This document shows positions 44,101 through 53,554 of a DNA stretch of 61,718 nt, in pieces (the first letter of the stretch is position 1; every line of letters begins with the position of its first letter). The DNA is from Candidatus Rokuibacteriota bacterium (GTDB lineage: Bacteria; Methylomirabilota; Methylomirabilia; Rokubacteriales; DASRDR01), in assembly GCA_044866005.1 (NCBI GenBank), contig JBIOTN010000220.1, positions 1-61,718 on the forward strand, in the 5' to 3' direction. The position numbers and the translations under genes are program-made. The notes below the pieces were generated by a model. That model was not told the DNA's origin, did no database searches, and worked only from the letters and a program-made list of their open reading frames with translations.

Positions 44101-44659
44101 GGGCCAGCGTCGTCAGGGACAGGGAGCCCACGATGACCCCGCTGACCTCGTCGGTCCCGCCGAGCACCGGCGCCGCGATCGCGACGACCGGGCGGTTGAC
44201 CGCTCGGGAGACGTAGACCCCCGAGATGTACAGCTGGCGGGTCCGCATCACCTCCTGGAAGAAATCCCGGAAGGAGAAGTCCTGGCCCACGGTCTCGGCG
44301 TGCGGCACCCTGACCCGGATGATCCCCTGAGGGTCCTGGACGAAGACGTAGTCGAACTGGGTGAAGCTCCGGAGGAAGTTCTCGAGCACCGTCCTGGCTT
44401 CCGCCCAGTTGCCGCTGCGGATCTCGCGGCCGAGCTTCGGCCGGCCGGGGGCCTCGCGCATGACGCTCGCCGCATCGGCGATGTACTGCTCCACCGCGCG
44501 CGCGGCCACCGTGGCCGCGGTCAGGTTGGCGGACTGGACGTGCTCGCGCAGGCTCTGGCGGCTGGCCATGACCGCCAGGCCGGTCATGGCGCCCAGCGAC
44601 ACCGTGGCGAGCAGCGCGATCGCCAGGGAGAGCTTGGTGGCGATACTGAAGGGTCTCAT
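41165..44659 (-). CDS. Membrane sensor histidine kinase dCache-HAMP-PAS-PAS-GAF-PAS-HisKA-HATPase
   Basis: Two TMs flank DFSFRDFF..YISGVYVSR (dCache). EIGRLARAFDDMA (HAMP), three DIT..R PAS ends, SHDLKAPLR, GTGVGLA. Confidence 0.92.
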   Translation of the reverse strand: MRPFSIATKLSLAIALLATVSLGAMTGLAVMASRQSLREHVQSANLTAATVAARAVEQYIADAASVMREAPGRPKLGREIRSGNWAEARTVLENFLRSFTQFDYVFVQDPQGIIRVRVPHAETVGQDFSFRDFFQEVMRTRQLYISGVYVSRAVNRPVVAIAAPVLGGTDEVSGVIVGSLSLTTLAQFVSSAAYGNRGLVYLVDGRGLLIAQSGGTRPVPAGTDVKTLPIIQAVLARQSGSMEFDEPGGTERFLGAYVPLGQLGWGVVAAEPVAVAYAAGHRLGRWLLWVALGFTVGAIVVGCRLARTLTDPLRRIAAATQRLGAGELAARTGLPHDAAEIGRLARAFDDMAEALQRQGAEATRAEAERQAAETSFAGLLAAAPDAIVMADEAHRIVLFNTGAEQCFGYAARDVVGRPLDVVLPAHFLRAFRDGDRGGDGAAQVRRRAEVSARRKDGRDFPADATIFTLTRSGEAILGVILRDITERRRAEDALRESEARKGAMLASALDCVIAIDHEGKIIEFNATAEATFGHARADVIGREMAELIIPPPQRAAHRRGLAHYLATGDGPVLGKRIELTAIRSDGAEFPVELAITVIRVGEHPEFTAYLRDITARKRAERRQAVQLAVTRALADSASLGEGAASFLETIGVATDWDLGELWSVDAGADVLRWEGTWHAPSLGVGDFEPIAREIGLSAGEGVFGRVWASGQPAWIPDVSREPDFARTSASSRLGLRAAFAYPIRGAAGVTAVMVWFSRAGRSPDDDLVAIMDDVGSRIGQFIERRRMEEALRENEKRFRLMFSSNPLPMWVYDPESLRFLEVNEAAVAHYGYAADEFLQMRITDIRPPEDVPRLRELVKHALPDRQLSGHWRHRRKDGRIIDVRVVSHSFEYAGRRARLVVSEDITERLRAEEQIRQLNAELEQRVVERTRQLEAMNGELEAFTYTVSHDLKAPLRGMEGFARALQEDYADRLDATGAQYLGFIQDGTRRMAQLIDDLLRYSRLERREMYREWVPLGPLLEEVREELADELRTRGLSLRTDLELKAVQAEREGLREALANLVGNAVKFSPDGAGPITVASRQDGDTLTLSVTDHGIGFDMTYHDRIFGIFERLHRQEEVPGTGVGLAIVRKVAERHGGRAWAVSEPGKGSTFYLAFPASVGGGA

Positions 44660-44678
44660 GGCGGGAGCGGTGAGCCCG

Positions 44679-45269
44679 TCATGGGCTGGGCCCCGCGAGG
44701 AGCCGGTCGAGCTGCGCCCGGACCTCGTCGAGGTCGAGGGGCTTGGCGAGACAGCCGTCGGCGCCCGCCGCCATGAGCGGGGCGATCAGCTCCGGGTGGC
44801 CGGTGATGCCGAGGATCCTGATCCGGCGGGTCTCGGGCTCGGCCCGGAGGCGCTGGCAGACCTTGATCCCGTCGAGCTGCGGCATGGAGACGTCCAGGAT
44901 CAGGTGCGAGGGCTTGAACACGCCCACCTTGATCAGCGCCTCGTAGCCGTCCATCGCCGACTCGAGCTTGAAGCCGCGCGGGTCCGCGGCCAGGAACTCC
45001 ATGAGCAGCTCGACGACGCCGCGCTCGTCGTCCACGACGAGGATCCGGGTCTCGGCCACGCCGGTCGGATAGGGCGGCATCCCGTGCTCCCGGAGGAAGG
45101 TGCGGAATTCGTCGAGACCGATCCGCACGTGGTGGCCTGCCGTGGTGAAAGCGCGGAGCCGGCCGTCCCGGATCCAGCGGCGGATGGTCGGGAGCGACAC
45201 CTCGCAATGCTGGGCGGCCTGCCCCGTGGTGATGGTGCGGCGAGGTTTCAATGCCCGATCGCCTCTCAT
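44679..45269 (-). CDS. Response regulator with N-terminal excisionase/MerR-like HTH
   Basis: TTGQAAQHCEVSLPTIRRWIRDGRLRAFTTAGHHVRI followed by ILVVDDE..LILDVSMPQLDG..KP. Confidence 0.88.
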   Translation of the reverse strand: MRGDRALKPRRTITTGQAAQHCEVSLPTIRRWIRDGRLRAFTTAGHHVRIGLDEFRTFLREHGMPPYPTGVAETRILVVDDERGVVELLMEFLAADPRGFKLESAMDGYEALIKVGVFKPSHLILDVSMPQLDGIKVCQRLRAEPETRRIRILGITGHPELIAPLMAAGADGCLAKPLDLDEVRAQLDRLLAGPSP

Positions 45270-45443
45270 TTGTTCCTTTCGGCGCGTTCGGCAGGTTCGT
45301 TCCCTTTTAACACCTCAGGGCCAAGACTGTAAAGAAAATGCGGGGCTAGCCGGCAGCCGGCGGCCCGGCGGCCAGGCGCCGACGCTGGAGGGTACGCGAG
45401 GCTACTCGCGTTTCGCCGATCTTGTTGAGCGCTGCTGGACCGG

Positions 45444-46232
45444 TCAGTCCACCTGGGACTCGTCGCGGTACATCGCCCGGTGGCGGGTGGTCCGGATCCA
45501 CTCGTCGACCTCGGCGTCGGTCAGGAACTGCCTCGGGTCGAAGCGGTTCCACGCCAGGATCTGGTCCAGGCGCTTCTTCCACCGCTTGTAGGAAGGCTTG
45601 AGCGGCGGGCCGAAGCACATGACGTCGATGATGGCGAGCTCGTCCGGCACGCCGAGCAACGGCTTGATCCTCTGCTGGATCTCGTCCTGGCCGATGGCGG
45701 TGATCCACCAGACGGCATAGCCGAGCGCCGCCGCGGCGAGGTGGGCCGCCATGGTGGAGGCCGCCACGGACTGGAGGAGGATGCGCTCCGCGTTCTTCTT
45801 GTACAGGCGATCGAGGTCGGAGTCGTCGTTCAGGACGGGGAAGGCGCGGACGAACCGGAAGTCGGCCACGATGACGATCAGCCCGGGCGCCGTCTTGACG
45901 CCGTGGTAGTTGGGCGTGGGAAAGCCCATGTGCAGGCGCGCGCGCCGCTGCTGCTCGTCGACGAAGGCCTGGCCGATGACCTCCTTGAGCGCGGGCTCGG
46001 TGACCACGATGTAGTGCCAGGGCTGGCTGTTGGCCCCCGACGGCGCGTGGCGCGCCGCCTCCAGGATCATCTCGAAGTGCTCGCGCGGCACCTCCCAGGG
46101 CGCGAAGGCCCGGTTGGTCCTCCGGGCCAGGACGACGTCCAGGAAGGCCTGGTAGCGGGCGAGGTTGGCGTAGGGTTCGGCGGGAAGGGCGGCGTCAGCC
46201 ATGGCGGTCTCCGGCTCAGGGGGCTGGGCCAC
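45444..46232 (-). CDS. Nitroreductase-family protein
   Basis: RRTNRAF, ILEAARHAPSGANSQPWHYIVV, AHLAAAALG. An alternative start exists at 46202. Confidence 0.9.
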   Translation of the reverse strand: MAQPPEPETAMADAALPAEPYANLARYQAFLDVVLARRTNRAFAPWEVPREHFEMILEAARHAPSGANSQPWHYIVVTEPALKEVIGQAFVDEQQRRARLHMGFPTPNYHGVKTAPGLIVIVADFRFVRAFPVLNDDSDLDRLYKKNAERILLQSVAASTMAAHLAAAALGYAVWWITAIGQDEIQQRIKPLLGVPDELAIIDVMCFGPPLKPSYKRWKKRLDQILAWNRFDPRQFLTDAEVDEWIRTTRHRAMYRDESQVD

Positions 46233-46238
46233 GGCGCC

Positions 46239-46699
46239 TCAGATCAGGACGGGCGTGCCCACGCTGTTCGGGACGAACGCGTCGGGGAGCGCCCGCGCGA
46301 TCTCGGGCGTCGCCTTCCAGCCGGTGCAGTGGGAGGGGACGATCAGCGCGGGGGCGATCTGCTTGGCCATGGCATGGCGCAGCGTGTTGATGATGCCGGC
46401 ATGGCCGCAGCCGGCGAGGACCACCAGCAGCAGGGAGGCGCCCCGCTCCTCGGGCCCACGAGGCCCGCCACGTGATCGGCGTGCCCGTGGCTGAGGACGA
46501 CCGCCTGGAGGTCGGCAGGCCGGAGCTCCAGGACGTCCATGTCGTGCAGGAGCCCGTCTCGCGTCAGGCCGGCAGCGAAGAGGAACGAAGCGGCGCGCCG
46601 CACCGTGTCGCTGCCCGCCATCAAGAGATCGAGCGAGAGGTCGATCACGCTCAGGATCTCGACGCGATCGACCTCGGGAAGGACGACTCGCGCGGCCAT
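46239..46699 (-). pseudogene. MBL-fold metallo-hydrolase remnant with multiple internal deletions and a frameshift
   Basis: Frame 1 carries VVLSHGHADH. Frame 2 carries GCGHAGIINT and PSHCTG. The total is only about 150 codons, about half a normal member. Confidence 0.75.
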
Positions 46700-46756
46700 C
46701 CCGCGCCCTCCTCTCACGCCCTGAATGCCGGTCCGGCGCCACGCGCCGGGACGCCG

Positions 46757-47824
46757 CTACGAGGCGAGCCCCGCGTGGCGCCGGATGCCGCCGATCAGCC
46801 GGTCGAAGCCCTGGCGGTCCCCGCCCAGCGCATCGGCGCGCAGCTCCACCTCGGCCGGGCCCCGCGCCCCCAGACCCAGCGCCACGGCCCGGCGGATCTG
46901 GCCGTTGTCCCACACGTCACCCTGGCGCGCGATCTGCTCCGAGCGGGCGAAGTGCTTGAGGAGCCCGAGCGCCACCACGTCGAGCGCGACCGGGTCGCCG
47001 CTCGCCAGGACGAGGTCGGTCGCCGCGGCCTCGCCCGACCACGGGCCGCCCGCCACCATGGTCCGGAGGCCGTCCACCACGTAGAGGTGGGGGCGGACGG
47101 CCAGGTTCAGCTCGGCGATCGACGGCTCCCACCCCGACGAGCCGTACGCCCACGGCTTGTTCTTCCCGTGGACGCAGCCCACCGTGTTCTTCAGCGCGCA
47201 GCTGAACGTGGCGCTGCGGTGCGCCTTGATCGCCGGCACGCTGACGAGGCGCGGCGCCTCGTAGGCGGCCTTCGCGACGTAGACCGTCTGGGCGAGCTCC
47301 GCGGCCGGCGGGTGGACCTCGACCCATTCGCCTTCGTCGAAGGCGAGCACGGCCGCCCCCGCCGCCTCCGCCGCCCGGGCGATCCCGGTCCGCGCGAGGT
47401 TGGGACGGGTGGGCAGGGCGAGGACGGCCGACATGTCGCCCACGGCCAGCGAGGCCGCACCGGCGCCGCGGGCCAGCTCGATCACCGCCGTGACGACCCG
47501 CGGGTCAGTGGTCGCGGGGGGCGGCTCGCCCGAGACCACGTTCGGCTTCACCAGGACGCCGCGCCCCGCCAGGTCGAGGCGCTCGACCCCGCCGAGCAGC
47601 TCGAGCGCCCGGCGCACCATGCGCGGCACGTCGTCCCCGTGCACGATGGCCACCAGGCTCTTCCCGCCCGCCCTGAAGGGGTTCACCCAGGCGGCCGGCG
47701 GGGGTCCCGGGACGGCCTCGGGCGAGAAGAGGATCTGCCGGAGCATCCGGCGACACGCCGGAACCGTGATCCCGAGCGCCGCGAGCCCCGCGAGCGTCAG
47801 GAAGGCGCGCCGGGACAGCTTCAT
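46757..47824 (-). CDS. DUF362 domain protein with Tat-type signal
   Basis: MKLSRRAFL, VLVKPN, TTDPRVV, KAH..ATFSCALKN.VG, VVDG, DPVALD. Confidence 0.85.
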   Translation of the reverse strand: MKLSRRAFLTLAGLAALGITVPACRRMLRQILFSPEAVPGPPPAAWVNPFRAGGKSLVAIVHGDDVPRMVRRALELLGGVERLDLAGRGVLVKPNVVSGEPPPATTDPRVVTAVIELARGAGAASLAVGDMSAVLALPTRPNLARTGIARAAEAAGAAVLAFDEGEWVEVHPPAAELAQTVYVAKAAYEAPRLVSVPAIKAHRSATFSCALKNTVGCVHGKNKPWAYGSSGWEPSIAELNLAVRPHLYVVDGLRTMVAGGPWSGEAAATDLVLASGDPVALDVVALGLLKHFARSEQIARQGDVWDNGQIRRAVALGLGARGPAEVELRADALGGDRQGFDRLIGGIRRHAGLAS

Positions 47825-47950
47825 CGCCCAGCCCCGCGGCCGGTGGACCTCACGGCCGTCGCGTCCCCGCTCGAGAAAGCCCGCATGGAGGCACCGACCT
47901 CTTGCATTGTATCGCCACGCGAGCGGTCGAGAGCACGGCCAAAGACCGGC

Positions 47951-47980
47951 TTGACGCGCCCTCCGCGGCTTACGTAGAGT
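47951..47980 (+). promoter_or_regulatory. Putative sigma-70 promoter for the first sugar ABC set
   Basis: TTGACG-18 nt-TAGAGT, about 50 nt upstream of GGAGGAG-ATG at 48034. Confidence 0.4.
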
Positions 47981-48033
47981 CAGACCACCCATCCCGGAGC
48001 CATGGCACGCCCGTCTCACCGGAGGAGAACGCG

Positions 48034-49326
48034 ATGACTCGGATCACGCGCCGACAGTTCATGCACCGGGCGGGCGCCGGGACGGCGGGGCTCGCCGCGA
48101 TCCTGGCCTCCCGCACCCCGCCCGCCGTCGCCCAGAAGCGCGAGGTGACCATGCTCGGCTGGAGTCACTTCGTGCCGGAGTCGGACAAGAAGCTCAAGGA
48201 GCTCATGGAGAGGTTCTCCAAGGAGGCGGGCGTCACTGCCCGCGCCGACCACGTGCCGAACGTCCAGCTCGCCGCCAAGCAGGCGGCCGAGGTCCAGACG
48301 CGAGCCGGCCACGACCTCATGATGTTCTACAACGAGCAGTGCTGGCGTCACCGCGACAACCTGGTGGACCTCGACGACGTGGTGGGTGAATTCAACAAGA
48401 AGTACGGGACCGAGATCTACCCTTTCTGCAAGGACGCCTTCTTCATCGGCGGGCACTGGAAGGTGGTCGAGTCGATCTGGCCGGCGGTCGTGGGGAACTA
48501 CCTCCAGTCGAAGTTCCGCGAGGTGGGCGAGGGGCCGCCCGACACCTGGGCCGATCTCCTGCGGGCCGGCAAGAAGCTCAAGAAGATCGGGCACCCCATC
48601 GGGATTCAGGTGAGCCACTGCGTGGACGCCGGGACGACCTTCTGGTCCGTCTGCTGGTCGTACGGAGCAAAGGTCCTCGAAGCCGACGGCAAGACGATCG
48701 CCATCAACTCGCCGAAGATGGCCGAGGTCATCGAGTTCTACAAGGAGCTCTACGCGGGCGCCATGGAGCCCGACGTGCTCTCCTGGGACGACGCCGGGAA
48801 CAACCGCTGCATCAACTCCGGGCATTGCGCCTGGATCCACAACCCCGTCAGCCCGTACGCGGCGGCGATCGCGCGGAAGCTGCCGATCGCCGACGATCTC
48901 AATCATCACTCGACACTGGCGGGGCCTGCCGGGCGCTTCGTCGCGCCGCCGGCGCGCGGCTACGGCATCTGGAAGTTCTCGAAGAACATCGATCTCGCCA
49001 AGGACCTGCTCCGCTTCCTCTATCGCGAGGACAACCTCTCCGAGTGGATCCAGGCCGGCGCCGGCTTCAACCACCCCATGTGGCGCTACTGGGAGAAGCA
49101 CCCGGTGTGGAACGGCGACCCCAAGCTCAAGCTCCTGCCGGCCGAGGGCACGTTCGGCCGGATGCGCGGCTGGCCGGCGCCGCCCAGCGACGTCTTCGGG
49201 GTCATCGACGACCTCTACATCCTGCCCGACATGCTGGCCAAGGCCATCGGCGGGATGTCGACCAAGGACGCCATGGCCTGGGCCACCGACCAGGTCAAGC
49301 GTGTCCTCGAGACGACGCGCTCCTGA
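48034..49326 (+). CDS. Carbohydrate (CUT1) ABC substrate-binding protein, Tat-exported
   Basis: ITRRQFM signal, PDTWADL, INSP, WDDAGNN, IWKFSKN. Confidence 0.9.
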   Translation: MTRITRRQFMHRAGAGTAGLAAILASRTPPAVAQKREVTMLGWSHFVPESDKKLKELMERFSKEAGVTARADHVPNVQLAAKQAAEVQTRAGHDLMMFYNEQCWRHRDNLVDLDDVVGEFNKKYGTEIYPFCKDAFFIGGHWKVVESIWPAVVGNYLQSKFREVGEGPPDTWADLLRAGKKLKKIGHPIGIQVSHCVDAGTTFWSVCWSYGAKVLEADGKTIAINSPKMAEVIEFYKELYAGAMEPDVLSWDDAGNNRCINSGHCAWIHNPVSPYAAAIARKLPIADDLNHHSTLAGPAGRFVAPPARGYGIWKFSKNIDLAKDLLRFLYREDNLSEWIQAGAGFNHPMWRYWEKHPVWNGDPKLKLLPAEGTFGRMRGWPAPPSDVFGVIDDLYILPDMLAKAIGGMSTKDAMAWATDQVKRVLETTRS

Positions 49327-49367
49327 GCCGCGCGTGAGCGCGCCGCGCGTCGGGTCGTGAGTCGCCC

Positions 49368-50339
49368 GTGAGCCTGGCCTGGACGCCGCCCGTCCGCGAG
49401 CCGGGCAAGGCCGCCGTCGCGGCCGCGCGTCCCGCGCGGGCCGGCCCCGGCCGACTCCGGCTGGGCGCGCGCCTCCAGCGGGAGGGCGTGCTCGGCTACC
49501 TGCTCGTCCTGCCCGCACTCCTCCTGCTCGCGGGCCTGGTCGCCTACCCCTTCGTCATGGCGCTCTGGCTCTCGCTCACGGACGCGCTCGTCGGACGCGG
49601 CGGCCGCTTCGTGGGGCTCGACAACTTCGTCTCGCTGGTCATGACCGACGAGATCTTCCGGCACGCGCTGCGCAACTCGTTCGTCTTCACCGGCACGGCG
49701 GTCGCGCTGAAGACCGTCTTCGGGCTCTGCCTGGCGCTGCTGCTCGCCCAGGAGCTCCGGTGGAAGAAGCTGATCCGCGGCGCCGTGCTGCTCCCGTGGG
49801 TCATCCCGACCGCGCTCTCCACCCTCGGCTGGTGGTGGATGTTCGACTCGCTCTACAGCGTCATCAACTGGAGCCTCCTGCGGCTGGGGGTGATCTCGGA
49901 GCGGCTCCAGTGGCTCGGCACCCCCAACCTCGCGATGGGCGCCGTCATCACGGTCAACGTGTGGCGGGGGCTTCCCTTCTACGCCATCACGCTCCTCGCC
50001 GGGCTGATCGCCATCAACCCGGAGCTGTACGAGGCGGCGGAGTCGGACGGCGCGGGCGCCTGGGCGCGCTTCTGGCACGTCACCCTGCCGCTGCTGCGGC
50101 CCGTGCTCGCGGTCGTCGTGCTCTTCTCCACCATCCTCACCTTCGCCGACTTCAACATCGTCTACGTGCTGACGCGCGGCGGGCCCGTCAACTCGACCCA
50201 CCTCTTCGCGACCTATGCCTACCAGGTGGGGCTCCAGGCCGGCAAGATCGGCGAGGGCTCGGCCATCGCGCTCTTCATGTTCCCGGTCCTGGCGCTCATC
50301 GTCTACTGCCAGCTCCACTACGCCCGGAAGGAGCTCTGA
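49368..50339 (+). CDS. Carbohydrate ABC permease (MalF type)
   Basis: FVGLDNF, LLPWVIP, VWRGLPF, ELYEAAESDGA..F.HVTLPLL, TRGGP. Confidence 0.92.
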   Translation: MSLAWTPPVREPGKAAVAAARPARAGPGRLRLGARLQREGVLGYLLVLPALLLLAGLVAYPFVMALWLSLTDALVGRGGRFVGLDNFVSLVMTDEIFRHALRNSFVFTGTAVALKTVFGLCLALLLAQELRWKKLIRGAVLLPWVIPTALSTLGWWWMFDSLYSVINWSLLRLGVISERLQWLGTPNLAMGAVITVNVWRGLPFYAITLLAGLIAINPELYEAAESDGAGAWARFWHVTLPLLRPVLAVVVLFSTILTFADFNIVYVLTRGGPVNSTHLFATYAYQVGLQAGKIGEGSAIALFMFPVLALIVYCQLHYARKEL

Positions 50340-51184
50340 TGGCGATCCGGCGGCATCGGGGCGCGCGGGCCGTGCTGGGCCACCTGGGCCTCGTCCCGTT
50401 CATCTTCTTCGCGCTCTTCCCCTTCTACTTCATGCTCATCACGTCGGTGAAGACCGACGCCGAGCTCTACGATCTGAAGGCGGTGCCGTTCTTCATCCGC
50501 CAGGGCGTGGTCAGCGAGCACTACCGGCTGCTGCTCGAGGAGACGCTCTTCGGCCGGTGGCTCGTGAACAGCGTGGTGGTCAGCGTGGTGGCGACGGCCG
50601 TCGCGCTCGTGATCGGGACGATCGCCGCCTACTCGCTGGCGCGCTTGCGGTTCCGCGGCGCGGAGAGCTTCGGGCTCGCGGTGTTCATCACGTATCTCGT
50701 GCCGCCGAGCCTGCTCTTCCTGCCCCTGTCGCGCGTCGTCAACGCGCTGGGCTTGACCGACTCGATCGCGGCGCTGATGGTCACCTACCCGACGTTCCTG
50801 GTGCCCTTCTGCACGTGGCTCCTGATGGGGTACTTCCGGACGATCCCCAAGGAGATCGAGGAGTGCGCCATGGTGGACGGCTGTAACCGGATGCAGGCGC
50901 TCTGGCGCATCGTCTTGCCGATCGCCGCGCCCGGGCTCGTCTGCGCCCTGCTCTTCGCCTTCACGCTCTCCTGGAACGAGTTCATCTACGCGCTGACGTT
51001 CACGTCGGCGGCGGACCAGAAGACGATCACGGTGGGCGTGACGAACGACCTGATCCGGGGCGACATCTACTACTGGGGCTCGCTGATGGCGGGCGCCGTC
51101 CTCGGCTCCATCCCCATCGTCGCCATCTACGTCTTCTTCCTCGACTACTACGTCTCCGGCCTCACCTCCGGCGCCGTCAAGTAG
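50339..51184 (+). CDS. Carbohydrate ABC permease (MalG type)
   Basis: TGATG overlap, AAYSLAR, YFRTIPKEIEECAMVDG, SWNEFIYAL, GLTSGAVK. Confidence 0.92.
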   Translation: MAIRRHRGARAVLGHLGLVPFIFFALFPFYFMLITSVKTDAELYDLKAVPFFIRQGVVSEHYRLLLEETLFGRWLVNSVVVSVVATAVALVIGTIAAYSLARLRFRGAESFGLAVFITYLVPPSLLFLPLSRVVNALGLTDSIAALMVTYPTFLVPFCTWLLMGYFRTIPKEIEECAMVDGCNRMQALWRIVLPIAAPGLVCALLFAFTLSWNEFIYALTFTSAADQKTITVGVTNDLIRGDIYYWGSLMAGAVLGSIPIVAIYVFFLDYYVSGLTSGAVK

Positions 51185-51244
51185 GGCCGCGGATGGCCGC
51201 CGCGGCGGACAGCGCCGCCGAAGACGGGCCAGGCGCCATACCTC

Positions 51245-51272
51245 TTGACAGCGGCGGCGCCTCGTCTACACT
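51245..51272 (+). promoter_or_regulatory. Putative sigma-70 promoter for the second sugar ABC set
   Basis: TTGACA-16 nt-TACACT upstream of AAGGAGG-ATG at 51332. Confidence 0.55.
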
Positions 51273-51331
51273 CGCCTCACACCGTCTCCACACCCGACCG
51301 CCCGGCCCCTCGTGACCCAAAGGAGGGACCC

Positions 51332-52609
51332 ATGCACGCGATCACGCGGCGGCACTTCCTGACCACCACCGCCGGCGCCGGCCTCGCAGGGATCTTCGCC
51401 ACGGGGATTCCGCCGGCCCGCGGCCAGCAGCGCGAGATCTCCTACCTCTGCTGGAACAACTTCGCCCCGGCCTCCGACAAGAAGCTCGCCGAGATCGGCC
51501 AGCGCTTCACGAAGGAGACCGGGATCAAGCTCCGGATCGACCACATCGCGCACCCCCAGCAGCCGGCCAAGTACGCGGCGGAGGTCCAGACCCAGGCCGG
51601 GCACGACCTGGTCGAGATGCGCATGCACTTCCCCTGGCTCTACGAGCCCCAGCTCGTGGACGTCTCCGACCTCGTGGCCGAGCTGGAGAAGAAGCACGGG
51701 AAGGCCATCACGTCGATGTACGAGGCGGCCAACGTCCGGGGCGTCTGGCGGGCCGTCCCCCAGTACCACGCCTACTTCGTCCCGACCTACCGGGAGGACC
51801 TCTTCAGGAAGGCCGGGCTCAAGATCCCCGACACCTGGGAGGACCTCTACAAGGTCGGCCGGGAGCTGAAGAAGATGGGGCACCCGGTGGGGATCCCCAT
51901 CAGCCAGAACTACGATTCCATCTCGACGGCCGGCCCGGTCCTCTGGAGCTTCGGGGGCATGGAGGTGGACAAGGACGGCAAGACGGTCCGGATCAACTCG
52001 CCCCAGGCCGTCGAGTTGGTCGAGTGGTACAAGAAGGTGTACCGGGACTGCATGGAGCCCGAGGTCCTCTCCTGGAGCGACGCCAGCAACAACGAGTCCA
52101 TCCAGCAGGGGAAGGCCGGGTGGATCCACAACCCGGTCAGCGCCTACATCGTGGCCCGCAACATGAAGCTCCCGAGCTCCGACGGGATCAATCACCACCT
52201 GAGCCTCGCCGGACCGGCCGGCCGCCACGAGACCGACGTGCCCCGCACCATCGCCATCTGGAAGTTCTCGAAGAACGCCGAGCCCGCGAAGGAGTGGATC
52301 CGGTACCTGATCGGGAAGAAGGAAATCTACGACGAGTACATCATGTCGGGCGACGCCTTCAATCTGCCGGCGTTCGCCAACCTCCAGGACCACCCCGTGC
52401 TGAAGACCGATCCGAAGTTCGCGAACCTCAAGGGGGAGGGCGTCCAGTATCACATCTACGGCTGGCCGGCCCCGCCCAGCGACCGGGTCCAGCTCATCAC
52501 CAACTCGTTCATCCTGCCGAACATGATCGCCAAGGCGGTGACGGGCACGCCCACGCGGGAGGCCATCGCCTGGGCGGACGCCGAGATGAAGAAGACCATG
52601 ACCGGGTGA
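51332..52609 (+). CDS. Carbohydrate (CUT1) ABC substrate-binding protein, Tat-exported (second)
   Basis: ITRRHFL signal, PDTWEDL, WSDASNN, WIHNPVS. Clear paralog of 48034-49326. Confidence 0.9.
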   Translation: MHAITRRHFLTTTAGAGLAGIFATGIPPARGQQREISYLCWNNFAPASDKKLAEIGQRFTKETGIKLRIDHIAHPQQPAKYAAEVQTQAGHDLVEMRMHFPWLYEPQLVDVSDLVAELEKKHGKAITSMYEAANVRGVWRAVPQYHAYFVPTYREDLFRKAGLKIPDTWEDLYKVGRELKKMGHPVGIPISQNYDSISTAGPVLWSFGGMEVDKDGKTVRINSPQAVELVEWYKKVYRDCMEPEVLSWSDASNNESIQQGKAGWIHNPVSAYIVARNMKLPSSDGINHHLSLAGPAGRHETDVPRTIAIWKFSKNAEPAKEWIRYLIGKKEIYDEYIMSGDAFNLPAFANLQDHPVLKTDPKFANLKGEGVQYHIYGWPAPPSDRVQLITNSFILPNMIAKAVTGTPTREAIAWADAEMKKTMTG

Positions 52610-52615
52610 GGTCGC

Positions 52616-53554
52616 GTGGCTGTCGTACGGCTCGGTGCCGCCGCCGTCCCGCGCCCGTCGTTCCGGGTCCGGGTCCGGGAGCTGTGTGACCGCGAGCAGG
52701 TCCTGGGCCCGGTCTTCGTCACGCCGGCCCTGCTCCTGCTCTTGCTGCTGGTCGCCTACCCCTTCGTCATGGCCCTCTACCTCGCGGTCTCCAACGCCTT
52801 CATCGGACGCCCCAGCCAGTTCGTCGGGATCCGCAACTTCGTGGCCCTGTGGCAGAGCGACGCGTTCCGCCAGACCTTCCAGAACGCGTTCGTCTTCACC
52901 GGGAGCGCGGTCGGGCTCAAGCTGGTCCTGGGCACGGCGCTGGCCCTGCTCCTCCACCAGCAGCTCTGGTTCAGGCGGCTGATCCGGGGGGCGGTCCTCC
53001 TCCCCTGGGTCATCCCGACCGCGCTCTCCACGCTGGGCTGGTGGTGGATGTTCAACTCGCTCCACAGCGTGGTCAACTGGAGCGGCATCGCCCTGGGACT
53101 CCTGGACCCACCCGGCCCCAACTGGCTCGGCCAGAAGTACTACGCGATGACCGCCGTCGTCGCCGTCAACGTGTGGCGCGGGCTGCCCTTCTTCGCCATC
53201 ACCATCCTCGCCGGCCTGGTCTCGATCCCGCGCGAGCTCTACGAAGCGGCGGAGGCCGATGGCGCCGGCCCCGGCGCGCGGTTCTTCCACGTGACGCTGC
53301 CGCTCCTCAAGCCCGTGCTCGCCATCGTCGTGCTCTTCTCCACCATCTTCACCTTCAGCGACTTCAACATCGTCTACGTGCTCACGCACGGCGGGCCGAT
53401 CAACTCCACGCACCTCTTCGCCACGCTCTCGCGCCAGATCGGGCTGGAGAGCGGGCGCATCGGCGAGGGCGCGGCGATCTCGCTCTACCTCTTCCCGGTC
53501 CTCGCGTTCGTGGTCTACGCCCAGCTCAAGTTCGTCCGGAAGGCCGCGTACTGA
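52616..53554 (+). CDS. Carbohydrate ABC permease (MalF type, second)
   Basis: LLPWVIPTALSTLGWWWMF, ELYEAAEADGA, HVTLPLL. Confidence 0.92.
   Translation: MAVVRLGAAAVPRPSFRVRVRELCDREQVLGPVFVTPALLLLLLLVAYPFVMALYLAVSNAFIGRPSQFVGIRNFVALWQSDAFRQTFQNAFVFTGSAVGLKLVLGTALALLLHQQLWFRRLIRGAVLLPWVIPTALSTLGWWWMFNSLHSVVNWSGIALGLLDPPGPNWLGQKYYAMTAVVAVNVWRGLPFFAITILAGLVSIPRELYEAAEADGAGPGARFFHVTLPLLKPVLAIVVLFSTIFTFSDFNIVYVLTHGGPINSTHLFATLSRQIGLESGRIGEGAAISLYLFPVLAFVVYAQLKFVRKAAY

Noticed and set aside
45444..46232. bluB assignment for the nitroreductase
   Set aside because: There are no cobalamin genes nearby and only generic nitroreductase motifs are visible.
48003..48017. TGGCACG upstream of the first sugar SBP as a sigma-54 promoter
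   Set aside because: There is no GC at the -12 position (TGGCACGCCCGTCTC).
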